A stretch of 64,000 bases of DNA from Bdellovibrionota bacterium (GCA_040754655.1 JBFMCE010000002.1:9436-73435), one strand, 5' to 3'; shown: positions 10,614 through 19,538, counted from the stretch's first letter. Notes: generated by a model from the letters alone, not told the origin. Numbers and translations are program-made.

Positions 10614-11396
10614 TCACTGAGAAGCGCGATCTTTCTTAGTCTTTTGTTCGGCCACATTACGAGCTCGTTTTGCGGCCTTTCGTTTGCCGTTTTTGCTGCC
10701 AGATACAGGTTGCTCAGCCACCGCAGTACTTGAAGTATGGATAGCCTTGATGCCTTGAAGACCCGCTTCGAGTTGCGCGACCCTTTCGTAGAGGTCTTGC
10801 CTGGCAAGTATTTCGTCTTGCGCCTGAAGCTTTCCTTCCAAGGCTTTTACCTTTGCCTCGAGCTCGGCGATTTTCGCCATCGCCGCCTCGTGCTCTTTAT
10901 TGGCTAACCTGCGTTCTTGATCGACCATATCGGCATATTCAATTTCATCCATTTGGATATGGATGCCTGAACATTCTTCTTTCGGTATGTTTGAAACCTG
11001 GCTTTGAGCCCACTGAGCTTCCATACTGAATTTATTGCCACGCGTAGCATTTATTTTTAAATCCACCCGCGACCTTGCAAAGATTTCATCAAAATCTCTA
11101 TCCAAAAACTGAACGTGGCAGCGGTTGTCATCACCCACGAAGCGCTGCTCTAAAAGAGTCTGACCTTTCTGAGCACAAATCTTGTCATCAACGGTTTTGC
11201 CAAACAATTGTTTGGTTTCAGGGTCAAGCACTTCGACACGATACTCAATGCAATCGCCGTTGAGGGTGGTGTACATTTTATGGCCTGACTTGTACGGCAT
11301 GTTTCGAAAACCCACGGGCTTTTGACCTGCCATCACAGTTGAGGCGATCGCAAGAGTCGCACAAGCTAGAATCAAATTTTGGGTGGAAAATTTCAT
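10614..11396 (-). CDS. Secreted 4-Cys domain + coiled-coil protein (paralog A)
   Basis: RBS AAGGAG, signal peptide, four Cys, heptad C-terminus, basic tail. Confidence 0.7.
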   Translation of the reverse strand: MKFSTQNLILACATLAIASTVMAGQKPVGFRNMPYKSGHKMYTTLNGDCIEYRVEVLDPETKQLFGKTVDDKICAQKGQTLLEQRFVGDDNRCHVQFLDRDFDEIFARSRVDLKINATRGNKFSMEAQWAQSQVSNIPKEECSGIHIQMDEIEYADMVDQERRLANKEHEAAMAKIAELEAKVKALEGKLQAQDEILARQDLYERVAQLEAGLQGIKAIHTSSTAVAEQPVSGSKNGKRKAAKRARNVAEQKTKKDRASQ

Positions 11397-11408
11397 GGGG
11401 TTACTCCT

Positions 11409-12182
11409 TTAAGGCTTTAGCGACAAGGGTTTTAAGGAAACAGAAGAAGTTTTGATCACAAGCTGCTGTTGGCCATCGCGCCTACGGGCGCTGCGAAGTT
11501 CAGCTTCAAGCTTTGCGATACGGCGGGCAGAACGTTTTTCTTTGGCTTTCAGCTCAGAGATCTGAGCTGAAAGGGCATCAAGTCTTGCAACGACATCAGA
11601 CAAAGACTTTTCATTCTTTGAGTCTTTGACCATTTGCAGGTATCCATTCTTACTAATAACCCAGTAACCTTTGCATTGGCTCGATTCGCCGGGATTCGTG
11701 ACTTCTGAGACAGTAAGAGGTTCCCAAGAATCAATGGACGAAGAGTTTCTTGAGTAAAGTTCACGGTATTTAATTCGGTTTTCAAAACTTGAAATCAACT
11801 CGACATGGCACTGATTGCCTTCCAGTCGTTTTCGAACGATTCGGTCTTCGCGTTCTTCTTCACAGTCGTCGTTTTCCATTTGGCGATCAACTAGGATGAG
11901 GACATCAGGAGACTGGGGGTTTTGGAGATCGGCTTTTTTAGTTTCAACCCAGAGGCTATGACAACCGCCTTTCGAATCGACGAAACGCGCCGAACCTTCA
12001 AAGGTTGCAGAATCTAACGGGCTCATCAGCTCTTGCGCCTTGGCTGAGTCTTCGTAATAAGCGAGTAAAAAAACCGCTAGCGCCAGCTTCTTGAAAATCA
12101 TGAAGGCTAAAAACGCCTTGCGATGCCGGGAAGCAGCCTTGATCAAGCCTTGAATTTTACTATCGAGATTAAATTCAATCAT
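11409..12182 (-). CDS. Secreted 4-Cys domain + coiled-coil protein (paralog B)
   Basis: ATGA overlap with the upstream stop (alternative start 12101); signal-like segment ending AKA; four Cys; coiled coil. Confidence 0.7.
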   Translation of the reverse strand: MIEFNLDSKIQGLIKAASRHRKAFLAFMIFKKLALAVFLLAYYEDSAKAQELMSPLDSATFEGSARFVDSKGGCHSLWVETKKADLQNPQSPDVLILVDRQMENDDCEEEREDRIVRKRLEGNQCHVELISSFENRIKYRELYSRNSSSIDSWEPLTVSEVTNPGESSQCKGYWVISKNGYLQMVKDSKNEKSLSDVVARLDALSAQISELKAKEKRSARRIAKLEAELRSARRRDGQQQLVIKTSSVSLKPLSLKP

Positions 12183-12892
12183 TTCTTTTTCGCACCCTTT
12201 TCTGAGAGCTTGCGAGAATACGGTACTTTCCTAACGGAAGCCCCGTCTTCGTAAGTCTTGCTTGCGATTATGGCCCTCGCCTTCAACAAAAGATCAGTTC
12301 GATCATCTTCAAGTTGCTGCAAGCGCGTGAGTGCTTCGTTTGTAGCGCCACCCCTCATCGATCCATTCTGATCAGCGTTCTCAATGGTCTTTCTTACATC
12401 ATTGATGTCAGTATCGATTTGGGCGAGCCTCGCAATTTGCTCATAGGTGTCGTAGATCGAGGCATCTAGGGTAAAGATGCCATCGCAGACGCTCTTGTTC
12501 ATAAAACTGATCGGACCAACGTGTTCCCACTCTAAAGGAGAACTAAACGCAGAAAGATGCTGCAATTGGTCCGGCCTGAAACTTTCAAGTAAACCTCGGA
12601 TAGAGTACATTTGACACTTTTCATTTTCGACCCTGTATTGAACTAGGTACCGAACAGAAATAGAGTCGCAGGCCGAGCCCTTATCTACCCTGCCTGCCAG
12701 TTCGTCGTTTTTCTCGGCATCCTTCCTGATCTCGTAGCTGACACAAAGACCTGTATCCGTCTTGCTGTGGATTCTAGTGCCATTGTCATACCTTTGAAAC
12801 AACGACTCAGACTCAGATTCACCTTGAGCGGTATCAATCAATATTATTGATAGAAGGGCCATTCCAATCGCCCGATAAGCGTTTTTTTTCAT
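12179..12892 (-). CDS. Secreted 4-Cys domain + coiled-coil protein (paralog C)
   Basis: Start MKKNAY at 12892; signal peptide; four Cys; coiled coil; basic tail. Confidence 0.7.
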   Translation of the reverse strand: MKKNAYRAIGMALLSIILIDTAQGESESESLFQRYDNGTRIHSKTDTGLCVSYEIRKDAEKNDELAGRVDKGSACDSISVRYLVQYRVENEKCQMYSIRGLLESFRPDQLQHLSAFSSPLEWEHVGPISFMNKSVCDGIFTLDASIYDTYEQIARLAQIDTDINDVRKTIENADQNGSMRGGATNEALTRLQQLEDDRTDLLLKARAIIASKTYEDGASVRKVPYSRKLSEKGAKKK

Positions 12893-12920
12893 TTCATCTC
12901 TCTCTATAAAGAGAGATAAC

Positions 12921-12963
12921 TGCAACCTTGGTACCAGCAAAAACACAACCTAAGTCATTGAAA
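12921..12963 (-). promoter_or_regulatory. sigma54-type promoter with upstream IHF-like site
   Basis: Minus strand TGGTACCAAGGTTGCA (12921-12936) and TTTCAATGACTTA (12951-12963, close to WATCAA-N4-TTR). Confidence 0.55.
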
Positions 12964-13305
12964 CCATTCGGTGATGTAGGTCTGACACACCCTAAAAACA
13001 TTGTTCAATGTAAACGCCTTCGACACCCCGAGAGAGCCTCTTTCGCTATTTAGGATAGTTCCTGTACCGCCACCCGTGGGTGGTGAGTCTCAAAACTTAT
13101 CGGTTATTTTCTTTTTGCCCAAGCTGACGAAAGTTTCTTATCGAGAGTTATGAGTTCAAGATTCAGTTCGTTCGCCAGCCAGAAATAGCTAGCATTTTGC
13201 TTATGGAAAGTAGGCACTTTTTTCCTCTCTCATACGGCCAAATACGCAAACGTACTCAAGTTATCTCACCCCCCAGCCGAAACGAGTGTTGAGAGAGAAT
13301 AAATC

Positions 13306-14316
13306 ATGCCAAAAATCACACGTAAAAAGAGAACCAGATCGAAACGAAGTGCCTTTGCGGGGTTATTTTCGCAATTTTCGCAATTCGCCCGGGCGATTGC
13401 GACTACTAAGAAGCGTCGATCGAGAAAACGGTCGCACCAAGATCACCTGCAACCGTTGACCTGGATTCTTCCCACCCTGCTTCTTGCGATCACGCTGGGC
13501 ATCGTGATCAAATACAATAAAAATTCCGTGAAGCATCCGGTGGCCATCACTTCGGCGAAACTCATCCACTTGTTTGAGGACGCGCAGAATCACCCACTGG
13601 GCGAAAAGGTCGCTTTTTGGAGCGAAAAACTGCTCAAAAACCCAAACTTACTCGTACCCATAGGTTCAGGACCCGAAGTGAGTGATACAGCCCCTTTGTT
13701 TCCCCGCGGTTATGATTGCACGACTTACGTTGAAATCGTAGGTGCCCTGGCTCGAAGCGAAAGTGGCGAACAACTGGCTGATCGCGTGATCGAGATCCGG
13801 TACCGCAATGGCGAAGTTTCTTACGCCACAAGGAATCATTTCCCTGAAGCCGACTGGATCCCAAACAACGAAAAAGCCGGCGTGTTGAAAGACATCACCA
13901 TTCAAGTCGCTCGCAAGTCAGGTTTTGTCGCTGGTTTCGTGAACAAAGACATCGACAGACTTGCCTGGTTCAAAGGGCAAGGAAATGAGCATGCTAAGCG
14001 CATTATCGCAAGATCACCGACTTCAGAAGAATCCAAAACTGTAAGGCTTGCTTACATCCCGGCTGAAAAAATGATGGCTAGCCTTCAACATATTCCGCAG
14101 GGCGCCGTGATCAACGTCGTGCGCGAGAACAAGGCGCGCCAACCCGTTTTGATCACCCATCAAGGTTTTCTGATCTGGAAAAAAGGCGTTGCTTACTTCC
14201 GTCATGCGTCACGCAACAAAGAAATCACCGAGATGCCTTTAACGACGTATTTAAGACAAGTAAGCCGCATGCCTTGGCGCGTTCTTGGTTTCAATGTGAA
14301 CGCTTTTCAAGGTTAA
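13306..14316 (+). CDS. DUF1460 (NlpC/P60-superfamily) N-acetylmuramoyl-L-alanine amidase-like protein, membrane anchored
   Basis: YDCTTYVE, RYRNG, RNHF..DW, THQGF, RHAS motifs; basic N-terminus then one TM helix. Confidence 0.85.
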   Translation: MPKITRKKRTRSKRSAFAGLFSQFSQFARAIATTKKRRSRKRSHQDHLQPLTWILPTLLLAITLGIVIKYNKNSVKHPVAITSAKLIHLFEDAQNHPLGEKVAFWSEKLLKNPNLLVPIGSGPEVSDTAPLFPRGYDCTTYVEIVGALARSESGEQLADRVIEIRYRNGEVSYATRNHFPEADWIPNNEKAGVLKDITIQVARKSGFVAGFVNKDIDRLAWFKGQGNEHAKRIIARSPTSEESKTVRLAYIPAEKMMASLQHIPQGAVINVVRENKARQPVLITHQGFLIWKKGVAYFRHASRNKEITEMPLTTYLRQVSRMPWRVLGFNVNAFQG

Positions 14317-14373
14317 TTATAACTAACTACTGCTAAAATATCGCGCGATCTGAAACTGTGGTAGAAGAAGGTC

Positions 14374-15363
14374 ATGGAGCACTTCTTTACCCTCACTCCT
14401 GAGCGCATGCTAGACTCGGTCGAGCGCGCGCTAAGATCAAATCAAACTGGCGTGCGAGCCACTGGCAGATGCCTGGCGCTGAATAGCATGGAAAATCGCG
14501 TTTACGAAATCGAGCTCGACAACGAAACCAGCGTTGTAACCAAGTTCTATCGGCCCGGCCGATGGACTAAGGAAGCGATACTGGACGAACACCAGTTCAT
14601 CCGCCAACTCGCCGAGGCCGAGGTACCCGCTGTCACCCCGCTGATTTTGGCGAATGACACGACTCTTGAGCAGTCAGAAGATGGGATCTACTTTGCGGTC
14701 TTTCCAAAAGTTCGTGGAAGGATCTTGCAAGAACTTGACGACTTGCAACTCGCGCAAATGGGGCGCCTTTTGGGAAGGCTGCATAACGTCGGCGAGAAAC
14801 AAGCTGCTCCTCACCGCGTGACGCTCAGTATTGAAACTTATGGCAAACAGAGTTTGAATTTCATTGAGAACTCTGGCCTTCTCCACCCGAACTTCAAATC
14901 GCGTTATCTTGAGGTGGTGCAAGCCCTTCTTGCCGAAATTGAGCCGCTGCTCGCAGGAGTAAGAGCGTTCAGGGTTCATGGCGATTGCCATCTTGGAAAT
15001 GTGCTCTGGCAACCTAATGGCCCTTTTTTCATCGATTTTGATGACATGGTGGTTGCACCGGCGGTGCAAGACATTTGGATGGCGGTAAGAGGACGAGGAT
15101 CCGAAGCCGACCGCCAACGCGATGTCTTGCTTGCAGGTTATGAACAAATGCGCGCTTTTGATCGAGGGACATTGGTACTCGTAGAACCGCTGCGCTCACT
15201 GAGAATGATTCACTATGCTGCGTGGATTGCGCGAAGGTGGGATGACCCGACCTTCAAAAACGCTTTTCCAGATTTCGGCACGACGAAGTACTGGCAAGAA
15301 GAGATCGTGGATTTGAGTGAGCAATTGCAAATCATTAGGGAACGGCAAACGCAGTGGAATTGA
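14374..15363 (+). CDS. srkA: Stress response serine/threonine kinase SrkA (YihE/RdoA)
   Basis: LALNSMENRVY, KFYRPGRW, HGDCHLGN, IDFDD, WIARRWDDP.F..AFP. Confidence 0.92.
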   Translation: MEHFFTLTPERMLDSVERALRSNQTGVRATGRCLALNSMENRVYEIELDNETSVVTKFYRPGRWTKEAILDEHQFIRQLAEAEVPAVTPLILANDTTLEQSEDGIYFAVFPKVRGRILQELDDLQLAQMGRLLGRLHNVGEKQAAPHRVTLSIETYGKQSLNFIENSGLLHPNFKSRYLEVVQALLAEIEPLLAGVRAFRVHGDCHLGNVLWQPNGPFFIDFDDMVVAPAVQDIWMAVRGRGSEADRQRDVLLAGYEQMRAFDRGTLVLVEPLRSLRMIHYAAWIARRWDDPTFKNAFPDFGTTKYWQEEIVDLSEQLQIIRERQTQWN

Positions 15364-15384
15364 GTTGCAGGCGCTCCAGAAACA

Positions 15385-15414
15385 GAATCGGGCACCGTTA
15401 ACCGCTAACGGCTA
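15385..15414 (+). repeat. 30-bp direct repeat, left copy
   Basis: GAATCGGGCACCGTTAACCGCTAACGGCTA, identical to 16135-16164. Confidence 0.95.
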
Positions 15415-15424
15415 ACAGCACAAC

Positions 15425-15721
15425 TCACCTGGGATGAACCAATCGATAAACGATTGCACCAAGCCTATCGGCAATAGAAAACACTTCTTTCTGATCAAGG
15501 ATTTGCAGAATACTTTGAGTCTCTCTGAGTGACCCCAACGCAATGGCATAAAACCTTCTTTGTTCAGGTTGAGTCGTTTTTGCAGAACCTTCGCTGAGAT
15601 TTAAAACCACACTCAAGCTTGCCCGATCAAGTTGGTCTTTCAGATGGCGTTTTGCTTTCAACTTCTCACATTGCTTGTAGAGCGTAAGCGCTAATTCATA
15701 GGCTTGAAAATTTTTGAGCAT
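15425..15721 (-). CDS. Four-helix-bundle protein (TIGR02436 / 23S rRNA IVS-protein family, Avd-like fold)
   Basis: F.AY.LA, LKDQL.RAS.SVVLN..EG, RFY.IA.GS.RE motifs; RBS AAGGAGG. Confidence 0.9.
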   Translation of the reverse strand: MLKNFQAYELALTLYKQCEKLKAKRHLKDQLDRASLSVVLNLSEGSAKTTQPEQRRFYAIALGSLRETQSILQILDQKEVFSIADRLGAIVYRLVHPR

Positions 15722-15728
15722 AAGGTCT

Positions 15729-15800
15729 TTCCTCCTTCATTTTGAAAAAATTGAGTTCTCATCGTGGTGTGAACTCAATTTTTTCAAAATGAAGGAGGAA
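15729..15800. repeat. Perfect 30-bp inverted repeat with 12-nt spacer containing both RBSs
   Basis: TTCCTCCTTCATTTTGAAAAAATTGAGTTC (15729-15758) / GAACTCAATTTTTTCAAAATGAAGGAGGAA (15771-15800). Confidence 0.97.
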
Positions 15801-15808
15801 CAATAAAG

Positions 15809-16126
15809 ATGATTCAAAATTTTCAAGCCTATGAATTGGCATTACAACTCTACCGCAAGGTTGAGACGATCGAATTAAAACACCATCTGAAAGACCAACT
15901 CCTGAGAGCAAGTCAGAGTGTCGTGCTTAATCTTGCAGAAGGTTCCGCAAAACCGACTTGGAAAGACAAAACAAGGTTTTATGCCATTGCGTTTGGATCA
16001 ATGAGAGAAGTTCAAGCCGTGTTTGATCTCATCTTGTTAGAAGATGCTGAAACACTAAAACTTGCTGATCGTATTGCAGCTTGTCTTTACCGTCTCACTT
16101 ACCGCAACCGGCCACCGGATCGGTGA
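15809..16126 (+). CDS. Four-helix-bundle protein (paralog of 15425-15721)
   Basis: Same family motifs; ~55% aa identity to the left copy by manual alignment. Confidence 0.9.
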   Translation: MIQNFQAYELALQLYRKVETIELKHHLKDQLLRASQSVVLNLAEGSAKPTWKDKTRFYAIAFGSMREVQAVFDLILLEDAETLKLADRIAACLYRLTYRNRPPDR

Positions 16127-16134
16127 CCGATTCG

Positions 16135-16164
16135 GAATCGGGCACCGTTAACCGCTAACGGCTA
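16135..16164 (+). repeat. 30-bp direct repeat, right copy
   Basis: Identical to 15385-15414. Confidence 0.95.
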
Positions 16165-16172
16165 TCCGTTTT

Positions 16173-17528
16173 TTAATGCCCTGCTGCTGCCTTTGCCGTC
16201 TTCGGTCTCGCATTCCAAAGAGTGAGCATCAACAAACCACCGACGACCGCAAAACCGATCATCGAAGGTCCCCAAGCCGCCCAGCCAAAACGATCGAGAA
16301 GATAACCCATTCCAATGCCAACAAAAGCGCCGCCAATGTATTGCATCCCATCAAACATTCCGGCTGCAGTAGCCGCGGCTTTCTTGCCGCCAAAATCCAT
16401 CGAGGCGGTCCCTGAAAGCATTGAATGCACAACGCTAATCGAGAAGGAATTCAAAACAAAGGCCGCGATAATCCAGCCCAAGCTTGGCGCCTTCCAAATA
16501 ACAGCAAGACAAGCCACTTGAACGAAGTAACCCAAGAATGCGACCGGAGTGCGACGACCTTTGAAAACCCAGTCTGAAATCGTTCCCGCAAAAAAAGCGC
16601 CCGCGATACCGGCAATGACCACGGCCGCAGCCCCCTTTTGAAAAACACCGGATTCCAGAGGAAGTTTTTGCGCCTCGATCATGTAACGTGGAAACCACTG
16701 CTCAAACCCATGTCGCACAAAGCCCGTGCAAAACTCGGCAGCCGCGATCGTCAGTGTTACCGGATTGGTGAAGACTTTCTTAAAAACATATTTAAAACTG
16801 ACCTTCTCGGTATCGCCGCTGGAAGCATCTTGGACATCAAGCGCGGGCAAGCCGCACTCGTCAGGTCCATTGCGCACGAACCGGTAGGTCAAGTACGCCA
16901 TGACAGCCACGACGATCGAAGGGACAAAAAAGACCCACTGCCACGGAAGGATGGTCACTAAAACCCCGCCGATGAAAAAGATCAAAGCCCGCCCGCTTTG
17001 AATCATGCTGCCGAAGATCGCCGAGAACACGCCGCGCTCGCTGATGTGGAACCAACCTGAGTTCACCTTGATCAAAGCCAAAGCGCTGTAAGATTGAAAG
17101 TACGAGTTCATCGACCAAACTACGGTGAAATACAAAAGAAGAAATTCGCCTGTTCCCAGAAAACCAAGATAAGCGCCCAAACCAAAAAGAAAGTTAAAAA
17201 CAACCGTGCCTGTCGCGCCAATGAGCATTGCGCGCCTTCCACCGATCTTATCCGCGATAGGCCCGTTGAAAAGCGCTGAAAGACCATAAATCATCAGGGC
17301 AGAACTGATGATGGTCCCCACTTGGGTCTTATCCCACCCGTACTGCGTAGAAAGAGACTTGTTTGCAAACGAGAGATTGTACCTGCCCATGTACATCGCC
17401 GCATAGGTGAACCCCAAGGTCAGCCAGTTGATACCCCGCCTGCGTCGAAATGCCATCGTATAACTGTCCGTAAAACGCGCTGGCTTTCGAATGGCGGCTC
17501 CGTTCATTGTGGCAGAAGTGTTTGACAT
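16173..17528 (-). CDS. MFS transporter, organophosphate:Pi antiporter (GlpT/UhpC-like) family
   Basis: Y..MY.GRYNLS, GPIADKIGGR, WF..SERG, DFGGKKAAATAAGMFDG; start ATG 17528 with RBS AGGGG. Confidence 0.85.
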   Translation of the reverse strand: MSNTSATMNGAAIRKPARFTDSYTMAFRRRRGINWLTLGFTYAAMYMGRYNLSFANKSLSTQYGWDKTQVGTIISSALMIYGLSALFNGPIADKIGGRRAMLIGATGTVVFNFLFGLGAYLGFLGTGEFLLLYFTVVWSMNSYFQSYSALALIKVNSGWFHISERGVFSAIFGSMIQSGRALIFFIGGVLVTILPWQWVFFVPSIVVAVMAYLTYRFVRNGPDECGLPALDVQDASSGDTEKVSFKYVFKKVFTNPVTLTIAAAEFCTGFVRHGFEQWFPRYMIEAQKLPLESGVFQKGAAAVVIAGIAGAFFAGTISDWVFKGRRTPVAFLGYFVQVACLAVIWKAPSLGWIIAAFVLNSFSISVVHSMLSGTASMDFGGKKAAATAAGMFDGMQYIGGAFVGIGMGYLLDRFGWAAWGPSMIGFAVVGGLLMLTLWNARPKTAKAAAGH

Positions 17529-17627
17529 AAAGCTTCCCCTCTTTGACTTGCGACTTCCCCGAGCAGGAAACAACTAACGAGGGCGCTTTCAAGTGTCAAC
17601 GGTATACGCCTTGCATTTTCCGCTCTC

Positions 17628-18137
17628 ATGTTGATCTACAAGAGTCGGGTGTTTGACCTTTACACTACAAACGTAGGATCACGACAGGTTCCATTCGAAT
17701 ACGTGGGGCACCGCGGAAGCTGCGCCGCGCTCATCCTCAACCCCAATGAAGAGATTGGGCTTTTGCCCCACACGAGGCCCGCGATCGGAAAGACTTTATT
17801 TGAACTTCCGGCCGGAACGCTTGACCTTGAACTCTCGTCTGAAGACACGATGATCCAAGAGCTTAAAGAAGAGGCGGGTCTGTGCATTTCAAAGCAACAG
17901 ATTCGACGCTTGACGTCACTCTATACTTCCCCAGGTTACACTTCTGAACTTCTGGCTCTTTTTTTAGTGCGCCTTCGCAAAGAACAAGCATCGGGCAACG
18001 AAAGCCTGCGGTGGTTCAGCCTCGATGAATTGGGCAAGCTGATCTGCAAAGAACAGATCGTCGATATGAAAACCGTAGCCGCAATCAGCCTCTATCAGGC
18101 CTTGCCGTGGGAGGAGAATTTGGATGAAAGCGCGTAA
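17628..18137 (+). CDS. NUDIX hydrolase (ADP-ribose pyrophosphatase-like)
   Basis: ELPAG...ELKEEAG Nudix box, SPGY, D.KT. Confidence 0.88.
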   Translation: MLIYKSRVFDLYTTNVGSRQVPFEYVGHRGSCAALILNPNEEIGLLPHTRPAIGKTLFELPAGTLDLELSSEDTMIQELKEEAGLCISKQQIRRLTSLYTSPGYTSELLALFLVRLRKEQASGNESLRWFSLDELGKLICKEQIVDMKTVAAISLYQALPWEENLDESA

Positions 18138-18825
18138 ACAAAAAGAATGGTGCGATTTCTCTCACATGGCTTTTGACATAGATGGAACCTTGCTCAACAG
18201 CAACATTGCTCATGTTTGGGCCTGGCAAGACGCCATAGAAAAAGAGAACCTCTTTTTGCCGCATACCACGTTGTTCCTTCAGATGGGACTTCCCGGAAAC
18301 CAGATCCTCGAAAAATTTTCATATGTATTTAAAGACAAAATCGTGGCGAAACGGATCGGCGAGAACGCCGCAAAGTTCTATATAGAGAAATATGTCGACC
18401 TGATCGCGCCCTACGACGGCGTCTATGATTTTCTCTCTCTGCTCAAATCAAACCGCCGCAAGATCTATGCGCTCACCTCAGCCTCAAGCGGCGAAGCAAA
18501 CTCAATGCTCAAGAGGTTCAAACTCAACCCATATTTCGATCTCGTGCTTACGAAAGAAGACCTGGGCGCAGGCAAGCCCACTGCGGAACCTTTCCTAAAA
18601 CTGCGTGAAAGGCTGGGAACAAAGGCGGATCTGATTTCTTTTGGGGACAGCCCTTTTGACCTCAAGGCTTCATCGGCGGCCGGAGTGCCCTTTGTCTACC
18701 TTGGCCACGGGGGTTTTCCCCGCGAATGGTTTTCAAAAGCGCGGGCCTGCTTTTTCAACATCAACCACATCCTAGAAAGCTTCAAAGCACGTGAAAAAGC
18801 ATCGATGAAAACGGCCGCCGCCTAA
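18124..18825 (+). CDS. HAD-superfamily hydrolase
   Basis: FDIDGTL, TS, GKP, GDS..D motifs. Confidence 0.9.
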   Translation: MKARKQKEWCDFSHMAFDIDGTLLNSNIAHVWAWQDAIEKENLFLPHTTLFLQMGLPGNQILEKFSYVFKDKIVAKRIGENAAKFYIEKYVDLIAPYDGVYDFLSLLKSNRRKIYALTSASSGEANSMLKRFKLNPYFDLVLTKEDLGAGKPTAEPFLKLRERLGTKADLISFGDSPFDLKASSAAGVPFVYLGHGGFPREWFSKARACFFNINHILESFKAREKASMKTAAA

Positions 18826-18869
18826 GCGAAGCAGAGCGGACTTCATTTCAACGGGGCAGAGAGCTCTCA

Positions 18870-19538
18870 TTACTTTACCTTGACCGCCATGGTGAGCCCC
18901 TCACCGGTGGGTAGAATGGTGGAACGAAACCTTCCTCCTTGGGCTGCCATCTGATTGAACTCGCGAAGACCCAGAACCGACTTTTGGGTTTCGGGCTCTT
19001 CAATCGCCTCATCGGTAATGCGCCCCCAGGCAAAGGTATTGTCGCCCAGAACAACCCCGCCGATGCGAAGGTTTTCCGCAGCCCATTTCAAGTAATAAGG
19101 ATAGGTTTCCTTGTCGGCATCAATGAAGACCAAGTCAAAAGGTCCTTGAGACTTGATCTTAGGAAGGTTTGCCAAAGCGGAGCCCACATAAATCTCAACA
19201 CGATCTGCGAACCCTGCATTTTCAAAAGATTTTTTCGCGACTTCCGCATGCAAAGGGACATATTCGAAAGTGTAGAGCTTACCTTGAGGCGACATTCCGC
19301 GCAAAATCGAAACGCCCGAGTACCCTCCAAGAGTTCCGATTTCAACTGCCTTCTGCGCTCCGATGGCCCTAGTGATCACTTCAAGGTGAAGCGCGTCCAT
19401 CGAACCCACTTGAATCGCGGGCAATCCTTTTCGCTCGCACTCGATGCGAACCTCTCGTAAAATCGCATCTTCCGGACGGAATAACTTTTCCACGTAATCG
19501 ACGATCTTAGGATCGTTCTGGCCAAAATTCTTGTTCAT
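18870..19538 (-). CDS. SAM-dependent O-methyltransferase (caffeoyl-CoA OMT-like)
   Basis: EIGTLGGYS, FDLVFIDADK, DN motifs. Confidence 0.92.
   Translation of the reverse strand: MNKNFGQNDPKIVDYVEKLFRPEDAILREVRIECERKGLPAIQVGSMDALHLEVITRAIGAQKAVEIGTLGGYSGVSILRGMSPQGKLYTFEYVPLHAEVAKKSFENAGFADRVEIYVGSALANLPKIKSQGPFDLVFIDADKETYPYYLKWAAENLRIGGVVLGDNTFAWGRITDEAIEEPETQKSVLGLREFNQMAAQGGRFRSTILPTGEGLTMAVKVK

Noticed and set aside
15385..16164. Diversity-generating retroelement or 23S rRNA intervening sequence
   Set aside because: The proteins are Avd/IVS-like, but the window has no reverse transcriptase, no TR/VR pair with A-specific mismatches and no rRNA sequence.
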